Below, piece by piece: positions 20,385-31,173 of a DNA stretch of 64,000 bases (its first letter is position 1; every line of letters begins with the position of its first letter). The DNA lies in the sequence record SRR22947725_833; one strand, written 5' to 3'. The notes beneath the pieces are model-generated. The model was not told the DNA's origin, did not search any database, and saw only the letters and a list, made by a program, of their open reading frames with translations. The position numbers were made by a program, and so were the translations under genes.

Positions 20385-21356
20385 ATGAAAAATATTTTTA
20401 AAAAGGTTACTACCTTAGTAGCAACCACGGTAACACTAGCGGCTACATCTGCTTCATACGCAGCAGACAGCGTAAATGTGGCTTTCTTTTTAGAATGGGG
20501 TACACCAAACCAAATCTCTAAAGTCGACAAAGCTTATGACGATGCTATGGGTGTCGATGTGAACTGGACTGACTTCTCAACAGGCGTTCAAATGACAGAA
20601 GCAATGTTAGCTGGTGATATAGATATCGCTTACTCACAAGGGCTAGCGCCATTTGTTACTGCAATCCAACAAGGGCATCCTCTGAAGATGGTTGGTGTGG
20701 CAATGGTCTACGAAGCAAATGATTGCTTCGTGAAAAATGGTCTAGGGATAGACTCATCAAATGCTTCTGAGCTTGAAGGAAAAACTGTTGCTGTACCTTT
20801 AAACACAATGGCAGACTTTGCGTTCAAAAGCTACATGAACGCTTTGAATGTTGACATGTCAACAATGACGATTGTTGATCAAGCACCAGCGGACGGCGCA
20901 AAATCTCTTGCAGATGGTGCAGTTGATATGGCTTGTATTTTCGGTGGCAACTCGTCAAAAGCAGCTGGAGAAGTTGGAACACCAATTATGACTTCTGCCC
21001 AAAAAGTAGAAATGGGAATTGGGTCTTTTGATGTCATCTCAGTAACTGAAAAATTTGCAACAGAAAACGGTGATCTTCTAAGAACTTTCCTTGACGTTAC
21101 CGCCGAGGCAAATGCAGCATGGAAAGCTACTGATGCACAACTTGCAAAAGTTGCAGCCGACGCTGGAATGAGTGTTGAAGACGTAACTTCTCAAATGGCT
21201 GGAATGATTTTCATGACAGAGGCAGATCAGCTCAAAAACTATTTTGGAAAAGACGGTATTGCCGCTAGTGCTGCTGCTGCTCTAGGTACTCTGTTCTCAG
21301 ATTCTTCTGATGGAGTTACTATAGCAAAAACAATAGACGGTTCATTCCTAGACTAA
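20385..21356 (+). CDS. tauA: Taurine ABC transporter substrate-binding protein
   Basis: ATG at 20385 with RBS GGGGGG. Signal peptide ending ASYA; VAFFLEWGTP, W..F.TG..M..A...GDIDIAYSQG. Upstream of tauB, tauC, tpa, xsc. Confidence 0.88.
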   Translation: MKNIFKKVTTLVATTVTLAATSASYAADSVNVAFFLEWGTPNQISKVDKAYDDAMGVDVNWTDFSTGVQMTEAMLAGDIDIAYSQGLAPFVTAIQQGHPLKMVGVAMVYEANDCFVKNGLGIDSSNASELEGKTVAVPLNTMADFAFKSYMNALNVDMSTMTIVDQAPADGAKSLADGAVDMACIFGGNSSKAAGEVGTPIMTSAQKVEMGIGSFDVISVTEKFATENGDLLRTFLDVTAEANAAWKATDAQLAKVAADAGMSVEDVTSQMAGMIFMTEADQLKNYFGKDGIAASAAAALGTLFSDSSDGVTIAKTIDGSFLD

Positions 21357-21379
21357 ACGTCTAAGGGAACTAAATAAGT

Positions 21380-21406
21380 GAGCAAGGCCTTCCCAAGGCC
21401 TTGCTC
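21380..21406 (+). terminator. Intergenic stem-loop after tauA (partial terminator or mRNA stabiliser)
   Basis: GAGCAAGGCCTT-CCC-AAGGCCTTGCTC, a perfect 12-bp stem followed by a weak U-tract (CATTT). Confidence 0.7.
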
Positions 21407-21453
21407 CATTTAATAGAAATAATTATTAAATTTATTCTTATCGGTGGTTTAAA

Positions 21454-22251
21454 ATGTCAGATTTGATTTGTAAAAACCTAAATATGACTTTTACAAACCC
21501 TCAAACTGGCTCTAAAATTGAGGCTCTGAAGGATATAAACTTCTCTCTAAAAAAAGGTGAGTTGTTATCTGTGTTAGGTCCATCTGGTTGTGGCAAAACT
21601 ACACTTCTAAACATGATTGCTGGGTTTCTAAACCCAACTGCGGGAAGTATGTCCTTGGGAGGCAACCTTATTGAAGGTCCAAGTGTCGAAAGAGGTATGG
21701 TCTTTCAACAAGGAGCATTATTTGAATGGTTAACAGTATCAAAAAATGTAGATTTCGGTTTAAGAATGAAAAAAACACCTAAGGCTGAAGCCACGAAGCT
21801 TGTTGATAAATGGCTTAATATCGTTGGCCTGCAGGGATTTGGAGATACCCCAACTTATCAATTATCAGGAGGCATGCAACAACGTGTTGCTCTTGCCAGA
21901 TGTCTAGTAAATGATCCCGATGTCATTTTAATGGATGAGCCACTTGGAGCTCTAGACGCACTTACTAGAGAGAAAATGCAATCCCTAATATTAGAGTTAT
22001 GGAAAGAAACTGGAAAAACTATTTTGATAATTACTCACTCTGTGGAGGAGGCACTCCTACTGGGAGAGCGTCTCTTCGTTATGGCCCCTCGACCTGGACG
22101 CATTCATAAAGAGTATAAGCTACCATTTGCGGAAGAGGGACTAACCAAACCACTAAGAGAAATAAAACATGATACTCGTTTTGGGGATGTAAGAGAAGAG
22201 ATCCTTTCTATGATTTGGGATATGGAAGAGGAGATAATGGGCGGTGCTTAG
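21454..22251 (+). CDS. tauB: Taurine ABC transporter ATP-binding protein
   Basis: GPSGCGKT, LSGGMQQR, MDEPLGALD, ITHSVEEA; NitT/TauT family. Confidence 0.92.
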   Translation: MSDLICKNLNMTFTNPQTGSKIEALKDINFSLKKGELLSVLGPSGCGKTTLLNMIAGFLNPTAGSMSLGGNLIEGPSVERGMVFQQGALFEWLTVSKNVDFGLRMKKTPKAEATKLVDKWLNIVGLQGFGDTPTYQLSGGMQQRVALARCLVNDPDVILMDEPLGALDALTREKMQSLILELWKETGKTILIITHSVEEALLLGERLFVMAPRPGRIHKEYKLPFAEEGLTKPLREIKHDTRFGDVREEILSMIWDMEEEIMGGA

Positions 22252-24172
22252 TTGGGTTTCTGAAGAGAGAGCTTTCATTGCCGCTATAGTAATAATTTTA
22301 TTACTTTTATGCTTTACAATATCTATTTTCATCGGCGTGAAACAAACAGCTTTTAGAGAAAAAGATGAGGTTTTTGGCGATCCTGAACGAACTTTGGGAG
22401 GGTGGTATTGGACTGTAACAGGTGTTTCTTCAGTTTTGTTACTGTGGTTTTATTTTTCTTGGGGAATTGGAAGAGCATTCTTTCCTGAAGCTGGAAATGA
22501 AATGTGTCAGATCGCTAAGTTGGAAACTGCTATTGCCCCAATAACTGCTACCTTACCAATAAACACTCGGTACTTTAAATCAACAACATTAACTAGAAGA
22601 AATTCTGAACAGCTAGAAATATTACTATCTAGCATGCCTACTAGCATTTTTACCAAAATCGAACAAACCGAGTTAATAGAAATTATTGAAAACTCAAAGG
22701 CTATAATTGGAATCTTTTCAAATCAGAAAAACCAAAGCAAAGAATCAGTATCTTCTTTAAAAAAAATCAGTTCCGATTTAAGAAACCTTAGCGTAGAGCT
22801 TCGTTTGGGTTTTGATGGTTACTTACCCTCCAAAGAAGCATTAGCTCAACCAAATTGGGGAACAACAAACATAGAAATTCCATTACTTCCGATCACATCC
22901 AAGGGGGTATTATTTGATTCAATTAGTAATCAAGCCAGTATTATAACAAAAACTTTTCTTAAAACTCGTAACAACTCTAATGCTGGAGATACCCTTATAG
23001 AATCCACTAAAAAGAAAATCTCTTTACTTAAGGCCACCAATAAGTCCTCTATCTTTGATGAGGACATTTTAATTAGAAGAAAAGCCTATGTTAAGGCAGT
23101 TGAAAGAATATTTAAAAGATTAGATGATGGAACAATTTTCCCACCCAAGGCATTTGATGGCTTAAACTATGCTGTAACAGACCTATTCACAGCAATAGAT
23201 GAGACTAAGGGAGGTCTAAAACTAATTGATACACTATTTGTCCCAGGAGCTGGAGTAATCAAGTCTAGGACGCAATGTACTGAGCAAGGTTCTGGAAGAT
23301 GGTTACCCAAACCTACTGACGTAATCGCTTCTTTTTTAAAGTTGGCCAACCCTAATATAGAAGCGGGTGGAGGGTACAAAGGTTCAACGCTCTTTTGGTG
23401 GAAGTGGCTTCCAATTGCCGATTTAATTGGATTTATAATTCCCGATAAAGTTATTGATTTGCTACCTGGGGAATATGGCAGGCATTCAGACACTGGTAAT
23501 TTTCAATCTAATTACAAAGATAATTTGTTGGCTCTAGCACAGGGAGATATATATTTAGGTTCTATCCCTATGCTAGATGGACACATATGGGACTCTGTAT
23601 TTCGGGTATTGGTTGCTCTAATTTTAGGTATTGGTTTAGGGGTCCCCTTAGGCATCTATATGGGGGTGTCTCGTTTTTTTAAATCATTTTTTGATCCAAT
23701 TATTGAACTTTATCGTCCAGTTCCACCACTGGCTTGGGCTCCATTAATTTTAACCATCTTTGGAATAAATGATGATGGAAAAATTTTCCTTTTATTTATG
23801 GTGGCATTTGCAATTATGGTAATTTCTGCACGAACCGGAGCATCAGGTACGCAGCTATCAAAAATTAGAGCTTCGCATTCACTTGGAGCATCTAATCGTC
23901 AAATATTAAGGTATGTTATTTTACCAAATGCCTTGCCAGAAATTTTAACAGGGATAAGAATATCTATTGGTGTTTGCTGGGGAACCTTGGTTGCCGCTGA
24001 AATGTTAGCGGGCACAACCGGAATCGGGTTTATTGAAAACGTAGCCCGTGTTGTATCTAATTATGAGTTAATATGGGTGACAATTTTAATAATGGGGTTA
24101 CTTGGCCTAGCGTTTGACATTATGATGCGACGAATAATTAATAAAACCATTCCATGGCGCGGTAAGGGTTGA
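22244..24172 (+). CDS. tauC: Taurine ABC transporter permease with a very large soluble insertion
   Basis: The C-terminal ~200 aa is a canonical NitT/TauT permease (HIWDSVFR, RPVPPLAW, EAA-loop ASHSLGAS). The N-terminal ~440 aa has two hydrophobic helices and a long hydrophilic region. Confidence 0.88.
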   Translation: MLSWVSEERAFIAAIVIILLLLCFTISIFIGVKQTAFREKDEVFGDPERTLGGWYWTVTGVSSVLLLWFYFSWGIGRAFFPEAGNEMCQIAKLETAIAPITATLPINTRYFKSTTLTRRNSEQLEILLSSMPTSIFTKIEQTELIEIIENSKAIIGIFSNQKNQSKESVSSLKKISSDLRNLSVELRLGFDGYLPSKEALAQPNWGTTNIEIPLLPITSKGVLFDSISNQASIITKTFLKTRNNSNAGDTLIESTKKKISLLKATNKSSIFDEDILIRRKAYVKAVERIFKRLDDGTIFPPKAFDGLNYAVTDLFTAIDETKGGLKLIDTLFVPGAGVIKSRTQCTEQGSGRWLPKPTDVIASFLKLANPNIEAGGGYKGSTLFWWKWLPIADLIGFIIPDKVIDLLPGEYGRHSDTGNFQSNYKDNLLALAQGDIYLGSIPMLDGHIWDSVFRVLVALILGIGLGVPLGIYMGVSRFFKSFFDPIIELYRPVPPLAWAPLILTIFGINDDGKIFLLFMVAFAIMVISARTGASGTQLSKIRASHSLGASNRQILRYVILPNALPEILTGIRISIGVCWGTLVAAEMLAGTTGIGFIENVARVVSNYELIWVTILIMGLLGLAFDIMMRRIINKTIPWRGKG

Positions 24173-24278
24173 TAAGATCTCATCTTCCTAATAGAAATTA
24201 AAAATAAAAAGTGTCAGACAGTAATCGAAGAAACACATATACCTAGTTTTAAAGCTTATATTGGAAAGGATTAAAGTT

Positions 24279-25664
24279 ATGGATGGAAATTTAAATAGTA
24301 ACGATATTTCAAAAATTGTTGAAGCAGACCGTGCTCACGTATGGCACCACTTAATACAACATAAGCCATTTGAAACTATTGATCCGCGTATAATTGTTGA
24401 AGGCAAAGGAATTAAAGTCTGGGACCAACATGGTAAAGAACATTTGGATGGCGTTTCTGGGGGTGTTTGGACAGTAAACGTAGGGTATGGTCGTGAAAGC
24501 ATTGCAAATGCTGTGAGAGATCAACTCGTTAAACTCAACTACTTTGCTGGTTCCGCAGGATCAATTCCAGGAGCACTCTTTTCAGAAAAGCTTATTGAGA
24601 AAATGCCAGGTATGAGCAGAGTATATTTTTCAAACTCTGGATCAGAAGCTAACGAGAAAGGCTTCAAAATGATCCGCCAAATTGCTCACAAAAAATACGG
24701 TGGTATTAAAAATAAAATATTATTCCGTGAAAGAGACTACCATGGAACGACAATAGCTTGTCTATCGGCAGGAGGTCAGCCTGAACGAGGAGCCCAATAT
24801 GGTCCTTATACGCCAGGTTTTGTAGAAGTGCCTCATTGTCTTGAATATAGAAACCAATATGGTGTGTGTGAAGAAGGGTATGGAGTACGAGCAGCGAAAG
24901 CTATTGAAGAAGTAATTCTACGAGAGGGACCTGATACTGTTGGTGGCATTTGCTTAGAGCCTGTAACAGCGGGAGGAGGAGTAATAACTCCACCGATCGG
25001 TTACTGGGAAACTGTGCAAGAAATTTGTTCAAAGTATGATATCCTTCTCCATATAGATGAGGTTGTTTGTGGGCTTGGTAGAACTGGAACCTGGTTTGGA
25101 TATCAAAATTATGATGTTAAACCAGATATCGTGACTATGGCAAAAGGTGTTGCATCAGGTTACGCAGCAATCTCTTGTACGGTTACGACTGAAGAGGTTT
25201 TTGAACTATTTAAAGACGACAGCACGGATCCAATGAATTATTTTAGAGATATCTCAACATTTGGAGGGTGTACCGCCGGCCCAGCAGCAGCTATGGAAAA
25301 TATGCGTATCATCGAAGATGAAAACCTTCTGCAAAACACTATAGATATGGGCGCTCGTCTAGTTTCCAATCTAAACAATCTTGCAGAAAAGCATGAAGTC
25401 ATTGGTGATGTTAGGGGTGCGGGCCTATTTTGTGGCGCCGAACTAGTAGCAGATAGAAAAACTAAAGAACCACTAAACGAAAAAATTGTTCAAAGTATAG
25501 TCGGTGACTGCATGCAGCAAGGCGTTATCATTGGGGCTACTAATCGATCGCTTCCTGGATTAAACAATACACTTTGTTTTAGTCCAGCCTTAATTGCAAC
25601 ACCTGATAATATCGACACAATAACTGATGCAGTTGATCAGGCGCTAACACGTATTATAAAATAA
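24279..25664 (+). CDS. tpa: Taurine-pyruvate aminotransferase (class III PLP enzyme)
   Basis: ATG at 24279 with RBS GAAAGGA. DRAHVWHH, NSGSEANE, YHGTT, DEVVCG.GRTG, TMAKG (PLP lysine). Sits between tauC and xsc. Confidence 0.9.
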   Translation: MDGNLNSNDISKIVEADRAHVWHHLIQHKPFETIDPRIIVEGKGIKVWDQHGKEHLDGVSGGVWTVNVGYGRESIANAVRDQLVKLNYFAGSAGSIPGALFSEKLIEKMPGMSRVYFSNSGSEANEKGFKMIRQIAHKKYGGIKNKILFRERDYHGTTIACLSAGGQPERGAQYGPYTPGFVEVPHCLEYRNQYGVCEEGYGVRAAKAIEEVILREGPDTVGGICLEPVTAGGGVITPPIGYWETVQEICSKYDILLHIDEVVCGLGRTGTWFGYQNYDVKPDIVTMAKGVASGYAAISCTVTTEEVFELFKDDSTDPMNYFRDISTFGGCTAGPAAAMENMRIIEDENLLQNTIDMGARLVSNLNNLAEKHEVIGDVRGAGLFCGAELVADRKTKEPLNEKIVQSIVGDCMQQGVIIGATNRSLPGLNNTLCFSPALIATPDNIDTITDAVDQALTRIIK

Positions 25665-25687
25665 GATTTAAGCTGGAGAAATTATTT

Positions 25688-27457
25688 ATGAAAATGACTA
25701 CAGAAGAAGCATTTGTAAAAACATTACAAATGCACGGTATCAGCCAAGCATTTGGTATCATTGGATCAGCGATGATGCCAATATCAGATTTATTTCCAGC
25801 GGCAGGAATCAAGTTCTGGGATTGTGCGCATGAAGGTAGCGCTGGGATGATGGCAGACGGTTACACACGCGTAACTGGGCAGGTTTCAATGATGATTGCT
25901 CAAAATGGTCCTGGAATAACTAACTTTGTTACAGCGGTAAAAACTGCGTACTGGAATCATACACCCCTACTTCTAGTAACACCTCAAGCTGCTAATAAAA
26001 CTATTGGACAAGGTGGTTTTCAAGAGGTTGAGCAGATGAAACTATTTGAAGATATGGTAGCTTATCAAGAAGAGGTTCGTGATCCATCCAGAATTGCAGA
26101 AGTTTTAAATAGAGTAATTCAAAAAGCTAAAAGAGCTAGCGCGCCAGCTCAAATTAATGTTCCAAGAGATTACTGGACTCAAGTGGTTGATATTGAACTT
26201 CCAGCAATCGTTGATTTTGAGCTTCCGTCTGGAGGAAAAAAAGCATTATCAGATGCAGCTCAACTACTGAGTACCGCTTCGTTTCCGGTAATTCTAAATG
26301 GAGCAGGTGTCGTACTTTCAGGTGGGATTAAAGCATCAATGGAATTAGCAGAACGACTAGATGCACCTGTATGTTGTGGTTATCAACACAATGATGCATT
26401 CCCAGGATCTCATCCACTATTTGCGGGGCCATTAGGTTACAACGGGTCTAAAGCAGGTATGGAGTTAATATCAAAAGCGGATGTTGTCTTAGGTCTAGGA
26501 ACACGGTTGAACCCATTCTCTACGCTACCTGGGTATGGCATTGATTATTGGCCAGTAAATGCAAAAATAATTCAGGTAGATTTAAACCCTGATCGAATTG
26601 GCCTAACAAAGCCAGTCTCAATTGGGATTGTTGGAGACGCAAAAAAAGTTGCAGAAGGCATTCTAAATAATCTAACGTCTGAAGCTGGTGATAAAAACAG
26701 AAGTGAACGTAAAGCACTCATTGCACAAACAAAATCCGCATGGGCTCAAGAACTTACTTCATTAGATCATGAAGAGGATGATCCAGGCACAACGTGGAAT
26801 GAACGAGCACGTGATCGTCAACCAAAGCATATGTCTCCAAGACAAGCTTGGCGCGCAATTCAAAGTGCTCTCCCAAAAGATGCCATTATTAGCTCAGACA
26901 TTGGAAACAACTGTGCCATTGGAAATGCCTACCCATCATTTGAGGAAGGAAGGAAATATTTAGCTCCAGGTCTTTTTGGACCTTGTGGCTATGGTTTTCC
27001 AGCAATAGCAGGAGCAAAGATTGGAAAGCCAAATATACCAGTTGTAGGTTTTGCAGGAGATGGCGCATTCGGTATTTCAATGAATGAGATGACAGCTGTT
27101 GGTAGGGGGGACTGGCCTGCGATAACCATGATAATATTTAGAAATTATCAATGGGGCGCAGAGAAAAGAAATACTACCTTATGGTTTGATGATAATTTTG
27201 TAGGGACTGAGCTAAACCTCGATGTGCGTTATGCTGATATAGCTAAGGCATGTGGTTTGTACGGAGTTCAGGTAACAACAATGGAACAATTAACTGAAGA
27301 ACTTGATAAAGCCATAAAAGCACAAATGAATGAGAATAAGACAACATTCTTAGAAGTTGTTTTAAATCAAGAATTAGGTGAGCCTTTCAGAAGAGATGCT
27401 ATGAAAAAGCCATCACATGTGGCAGGTATTTCAATGACAGATATGGCTGCAGAATAA
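25688..27457 (+). CDS. xsc: Sulfoacetaldehyde acetyltransferase
   Basis: MKMTTEEAFVK, GIIGSA, ThDP motif GDGAFG...N, QWGAEKRN, EPFRRDAM. Confidence 0.96.
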   Translation: MKMTTEEAFVKTLQMHGISQAFGIIGSAMMPISDLFPAAGIKFWDCAHEGSAGMMADGYTRVTGQVSMMIAQNGPGITNFVTAVKTAYWNHTPLLLVTPQAANKTIGQGGFQEVEQMKLFEDMVAYQEEVRDPSRIAEVLNRVIQKAKRASAPAQINVPRDYWTQVVDIELPAIVDFELPSGGKKALSDAAQLLSTASFPVILNGAGVVLSGGIKASMELAERLDAPVCCGYQHNDAFPGSHPLFAGPLGYNGSKAGMELISKADVVLGLGTRLNPFSTLPGYGIDYWPVNAKIIQVDLNPDRIGLTKPVSIGIVGDAKKVAEGILNNLTSEAGDKNRSERKALIAQTKSAWAQELTSLDHEEDDPGTTWNERARDRQPKHMSPRQAWRAIQSALPKDAIISSDIGNNCAIGNAYPSFEEGRKYLAPGLFGPCGYGFPAIAGAKIGKPNIPVVGFAGDGAFGISMNEMTAVGRGDWPAITMIIFRNYQWGAEKRNTTLWFDDNFVGTELNLDVRYADIAKACGLYGVQVTTMEQLTEELDKAIKAQMNENKTTFLEVVLNQELGEPFRRDAMKKPSHVAGISMTDMAAE

Positions 27458-27537
27458 ACTTAACAATAAGTTGGTTTTAATTTAAATATACTTAATAGTT
27501 GAGTTTTAAAACTTAGTGGAAACGGAGAAAATCTTCG

Positions 27538-28467
27538 ATGATAAAAGAAACTCCGTTCCTCTCTCAAATTTCACCTATTTGTCCAAAAGACTTACTAAAT
27601 AACGCAAAAAAAAAATTTATTAAGCCAATAATTGCGATAGCAGGAGCAGCTCATAAGTTGCCAATGTTAGCTGCAAAAGAGGCTGTCTTAGAACAAATTA
27701 TGACTCCAATATTTGTTGGTGAAAAGGCTTTAATAAAGTCGTGTGCCAGTGACCTAAATTGGGATATCTCAAACTTTCAAATTATAAATGTAACTGGTGA
27801 AACAGAATCTGCAGAAACTGCCGCTAAGTTATGCGGAGATGGGAAAGCAGATATTCTGATGAAAGGTCAGGTACATACCGACCTTTTTATAAAATCTGTA
27901 CTGGATAAAAAATCTGGGTTACGGACAAAACAAAGGTTAATTCATGTCTTTCATATATCACATCCCAATGGTGGTAATCCTTTATTAATTTCAGATGCCG
28001 CTATTAATGTTTCACCAGATCTGCAAACTCGTAAAGATGCTACAATTCAGATCGTTAAGCTACTCAAATCTCTAGGCAATAAAGAACCCAGAGTCGCATT
28101 TTTATCGGCCACAGAATCAATTCTAAAGTCAGTACCCTCATCTTTAGAAGCTAATATACTGTATGAATGGTGTTCAAAAAATATTAATAATGCACATTTT
28201 TCAGGACCATTAGCTCTAGATACATTACTTTCCTACAACGCGGCTGTCACAAAAGGTCTTCAAGAAAATCCAGTGGTAGGTCAACCTGATGCAATTATTG
28301 TTCCTGATATTGTATCAGGAAATGTTCTTTTTAAATCTCTGGTATATCTTTCTGGAGGTTGCGCAGCCGGATTAGTATTAGGAGCAAAAGTTCCCTTACT
28401 TCTAACAAGTCGGGCAGATCCCCCAGCAGCTAGATTAGCATCAATAGCTCTTGCAACATTAATCTAA
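27538..28467 (+). CDS. pta: Phosphate acetyl/butyryltransferase
   Basis: MKGQVHT, SDAAIN, GPLALD, GNVLFK, LTSRAD. Follows xsc, whose product is acetyl-phosphate. Confidence 0.85.
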   Translation: MIKETPFLSQISPICPKDLLNNAKKKFIKPIIAIAGAAHKLPMLAAKEAVLEQIMTPIFVGEKALIKSCASDLNWDISNFQIINVTGETESAETAAKLCGDGKADILMKGQVHTDLFIKSVLDKKSGLRTKQRLIHVFHISHPNGGNPLLISDAAINVSPDLQTRKDATIQIVKLLKSLGNKEPRVAFLSATESILKSVPSSLEANILYEWCSKNINNAHFSGPLALDTLLSYNAAVTKGLQENPVVGQPDAIIVPDIVSGNVLFKSLVYLSGGCAAGLVLGAKVPLLLTSRADPPAARLASIALATLI

Positions 28468-28571
28468 AAAAGAAAGCTTATCTTACAATTAATGTTCCTA
28501 TTAAAAGAAGATTCCACAACAGTGCGACAACAACACACACCGGTTAACAACTGTAAATTAAAAGGCTTGTA

Positions 28572-28600
28572 TTGACAATTTTTTGTGTTTACCTGATGCT
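28572..28600 (+). promoter_or_regulatory. Putative sigma70 promoter for sat-aprMBA
   Basis: Perfect TTGACA at 28572-28577, 17-bp spacer, weak -10 GATGCT. Confidence 0.4.
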
Positions 28601-28652
28601 TTTTTTCTGAGAAATATACAAAAATAGAGAACCTCCAAAGTGAAATCTTTTA

Positions 28653-29819
28653 ATGTTAGTTAACCCCCACGGCCAAGGTAATTTAATGCCTCTTCTTGTT
28701 TCAGAAGACACTAGGCCCGAAGAATTAAGACGTGCAGAATCATTTGTAAAAGTTCTACTATCGACTAGAGAGCTATCAGATTTATTAATGTTAGCGATGG
28801 GCGCTTATACGCCTTTAAAAGGCTTTATGGGTGAAGAAGATTGGCGCGGTTGCTGTTCAGATATGACTACGTCAGATGGTATATTTTGGCCGATCCCTAT
28901 TACCCTTTCAACATCGGAAGAGATAAGTAGTTCAATAAAGATTGGTGATGAAGTTGCCTTAGTTAATGATAGTTTAAAAATCTTCGGCACCCTAAAAGTT
29001 GAACAAAAATATAACATTGATAAAAATTATGAGTGTTTACATGTTTTTCGTACAGCAGATGCAGCTCACCCAGGGGTGGCGAAGATTTTAGAGCAAGGAA
29101 ATGTAAACTTATCGGGTCCAGTAAAAGTTTTAGACGAAGATCATTATCCAGAAACATATAAAGGATTGTACTATAAACCGAGTCAAACTCGCGCGCTATT
29201 TGAGGAAAACGGTTGGTCAACAGTAGCAGCTTTTCAAACTCGCAACCCTATGCATCGTAGTCACGAATATCTTGCGAAAATTGCTGTTGAGCTCTGTGAT
29301 GGGTTACTAATTCATCAGGTGTTAGGAGCATTAAAGCCGGGAGATATTCCAGCGGATGTTAGAGTTGAATCGATTAACAGCTTAGTTAAGAATTATTTTG
29401 TTCAGGGAACTGTTGTCCAAGCAGGTTACCCAATCGAAATGAGATATGGCGGACCAAGAGAGGCATTATTACACGCAGTTTTTAGACAAAACTTTGGATG
29501 CTCGCATCTAGTAGTTGGGCGTGATCATGCTGGTGCTGGTAAATACTATGGCCCTTTTGATGCTCACAAGATTTTTGATGAAATTCCTTCCGAAAGTTTA
29601 GAGACAAAAGCTATCAAAATTGATATTACTTTCTATTGCTACAAGTGTCATGGGATGGCTACAGGTAGAACTTGTCCACATGGCGAAGAAGACCGATTAA
29701 ATGTTTCAGGTACGAGGTTGAGAGAAATGCTTGCAAATAATGAGGCTGTTCCAACTGAATTTAGTAGACCCGAGGTTCTTGAAGTTTTACAGAAGTATTA
29801 TTATAACGCTGATAACTAA
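28653..29819 (+). CDS. sat: Sulfate adenylyltransferase (single-domain, dissimilatory type)
   Basis: [19 protein letters not shown], Zn site CYKC...CPH, FSRPEV. No APS-kinase domain. Confidence 0.96.
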   Translation: MLVNPHGQGNLMPLLVSEDTRPEELRRAESFVKVLLSTRELSDLLMLAMGAYTPLKGFMGEEDWRGCCSDMTTSDGIFWPIPITLSTSEEISSSIKIGDEVALVNDSLKIFGTLKVEQKYNIDKNYECLHVFRTADAAHPGVAKILEQGNVNLSGPVKVLDEDHYPETYKGLYYKPSQTRALFEENGWSTVAAFQTRNPMHRSHEYLAKIAVELCDGLLIHQVLGALKPGDIPADVRVESINSLVKNYFVQGTVVQAGYPIEMRYGGPREALLHAVFRQNFGCSHLVVGRDHAGAGKYYGPFDAHKIFDEIPSESLETKAIKIDITFYCYKCHGMATGRTCPHGEEDRLNVSGTRLREMLANNEAVPTEFSRPEVLEVLQKYYYNADN

Positions 29820-29875
29820 AATAAGAAAACTTAGAAAGTACCAAGCCACAATTTAATGAAGCTAGGAAATACAAT

Positions 29876-30661
29876 ATGTTTGATATAAATCCCTTTGCCC
29901 AACTTTCTTCATCAGTACCACCTATTGTAATGCAATTATTTGTGATAGTGATGATCCTCATGGTTGCTGGTGGTACTTTGTTTGATATCATTCATAAAGG
30001 AAGTGCCAAGTACTTTTTCCAACTTGTCAATAAGAGTAGGACTAATGCCACAATTAACACTAGTGCTGGAGAAAAATTAGCTGTCGTTGTCAAGACAACA
30101 GCTCATGATGTTTTAACATCAGGAGAGTTTTGTAGTACTCGACGAAGAATTGCTCACCTTTTAACAATGTACGGTTTCATTATTTATGTAGTTTCAACAG
30201 TGATAATGGTATTCAGTTATTCATCATTAGATACCCTAACTCCTGCGATTCTGCCCTACCTTTGGTGGTTGGGAGGTGCAATGATTTGTATTGGAGGTTA
30301 CTGGTTTTGGTTTTTTATCAGGGTTGATGTATCTGCAGAGGGAAATTCTCCATTTCGATTAGTTCGAGCCGATTTGTTTGTTGTTTCACTTATGGCAAGT
30401 GTCACTTTTGGTTTAATCTGGGCTTATTTACAAGGTAATGGTAATTCCTGGTCAACTCTCGTTTTAGCCCTATACTTGATTACCACTCTTGTATTTTTTG
30501 GTTCAGTGCCTTGGTCAAAATTCTCACATATGTTTTTTAAACCAGCAGCCGCGTATCAAAAAAACTTAGCTGTCGCAAATGGTGGACGACGTAATTTACC
30601 CCCGCCATCTGATAGTCCGGCAATATACGGCAAAGCTCAACGCCATACCCATAACTATTAA
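29876..30661 (+). CDS. aprM: APS reductase membrane anchor
   Basis: About five hydrophobic helices, RRIAHLLTMYG, VPWSKFSHMFFKP. Sits between sat and aprB. Confidence 0.88.
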   Translation: MFDINPFAQLSSSVPPIVMQLFVIVMILMVAGGTLFDIIHKGSAKYFFQLVNKSRTNATINTSAGEKLAVVVKTTAHDVLTSGEFCSTRRRIAHLLTMYGFIIYVVSTVIMVFSYSSLDTLTPAILPYLWWLGGAMICIGGYWFWFFIRVDVSAEGNSPFRLVRADLFVVSLMASVTFGLIWAYLQGNGNSWSTLVLALYLITTLVFFGSVPWSKFSHMFFKPAAAYQKNLAVANGGRRNLPPPSDSPAIYGKAQRHTHNY

Positions 30662-30711
30662 TCGCTATATTAATTAAAACTGAATAGACCTTTAAACAGG
30701 AGTTAAAACAC

Positions 30712-31173
30712 ATGCCAACATTCGTTTATATGACAAGTTGTGACGGTTGCGGTCACTGTGTAGATATATGTCCCTCAGACATTATGCACATTGATCCAGT
30801 AACTCGTCGCGCAGTAAACATAGAACCAAACTTTTGCTGGGAGTGTTATTCCTGTGTTAAGGCTTGCCCTCAAAATGCTATAGACGTCCGTGGGTATGCA
30901 GACTTTGCGCCGATGGGTCATAGTGTTCGTTGCTTACGGGAAGAAGAAAAAGGTACAATTTCGTGGAAACTTAAGTTTCGTGATGGACGAGTAAAGGATT
31001 TTGTATCTCCAATAAGGACTACACCCTGGGGATCAATCAAAGCTGTGACAGAATATAGTGCACCTAGTGACGCAGCCTTTGATTCGCAAGAACTGGCGCA
31101 TGAGCCAGAATATCTAAAAATTGAAGGTGGCCTTCCAACCTACTCAGGTAAATTTAAAGAAGGAGTCGTATAA
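30712..31173 (+). CDS. aprB: Adenylylsulfate reductase beta subunit
   Basis: MPTFV, two [4Fe-4S] motifs CDGCGHCVDIC and CWECYSCVKAC, PIRTTPWG. Confidence 0.97.
   Translation: MPTFVYMTSCDGCGHCVDICPSDIMHIDPVTRRAVNIEPNFCWECYSCVKACPQNAIDVRGYADFAPMGHSVRCLREEEKGTISWKLKFRDGRVKDFVSPIRTTPWGSIKAVTEYSAPSDAAFDSQELAHEPEYLKIEGGLPTYSGKFKEGVV

Noticed and set aside
28640-28663. Out-of-frame GTG just upstream of sat suggesting a frameshift
   Set aside because: The ATG at 28653 already gives the expected LVNPHG N-terminus, so nothing is missing.
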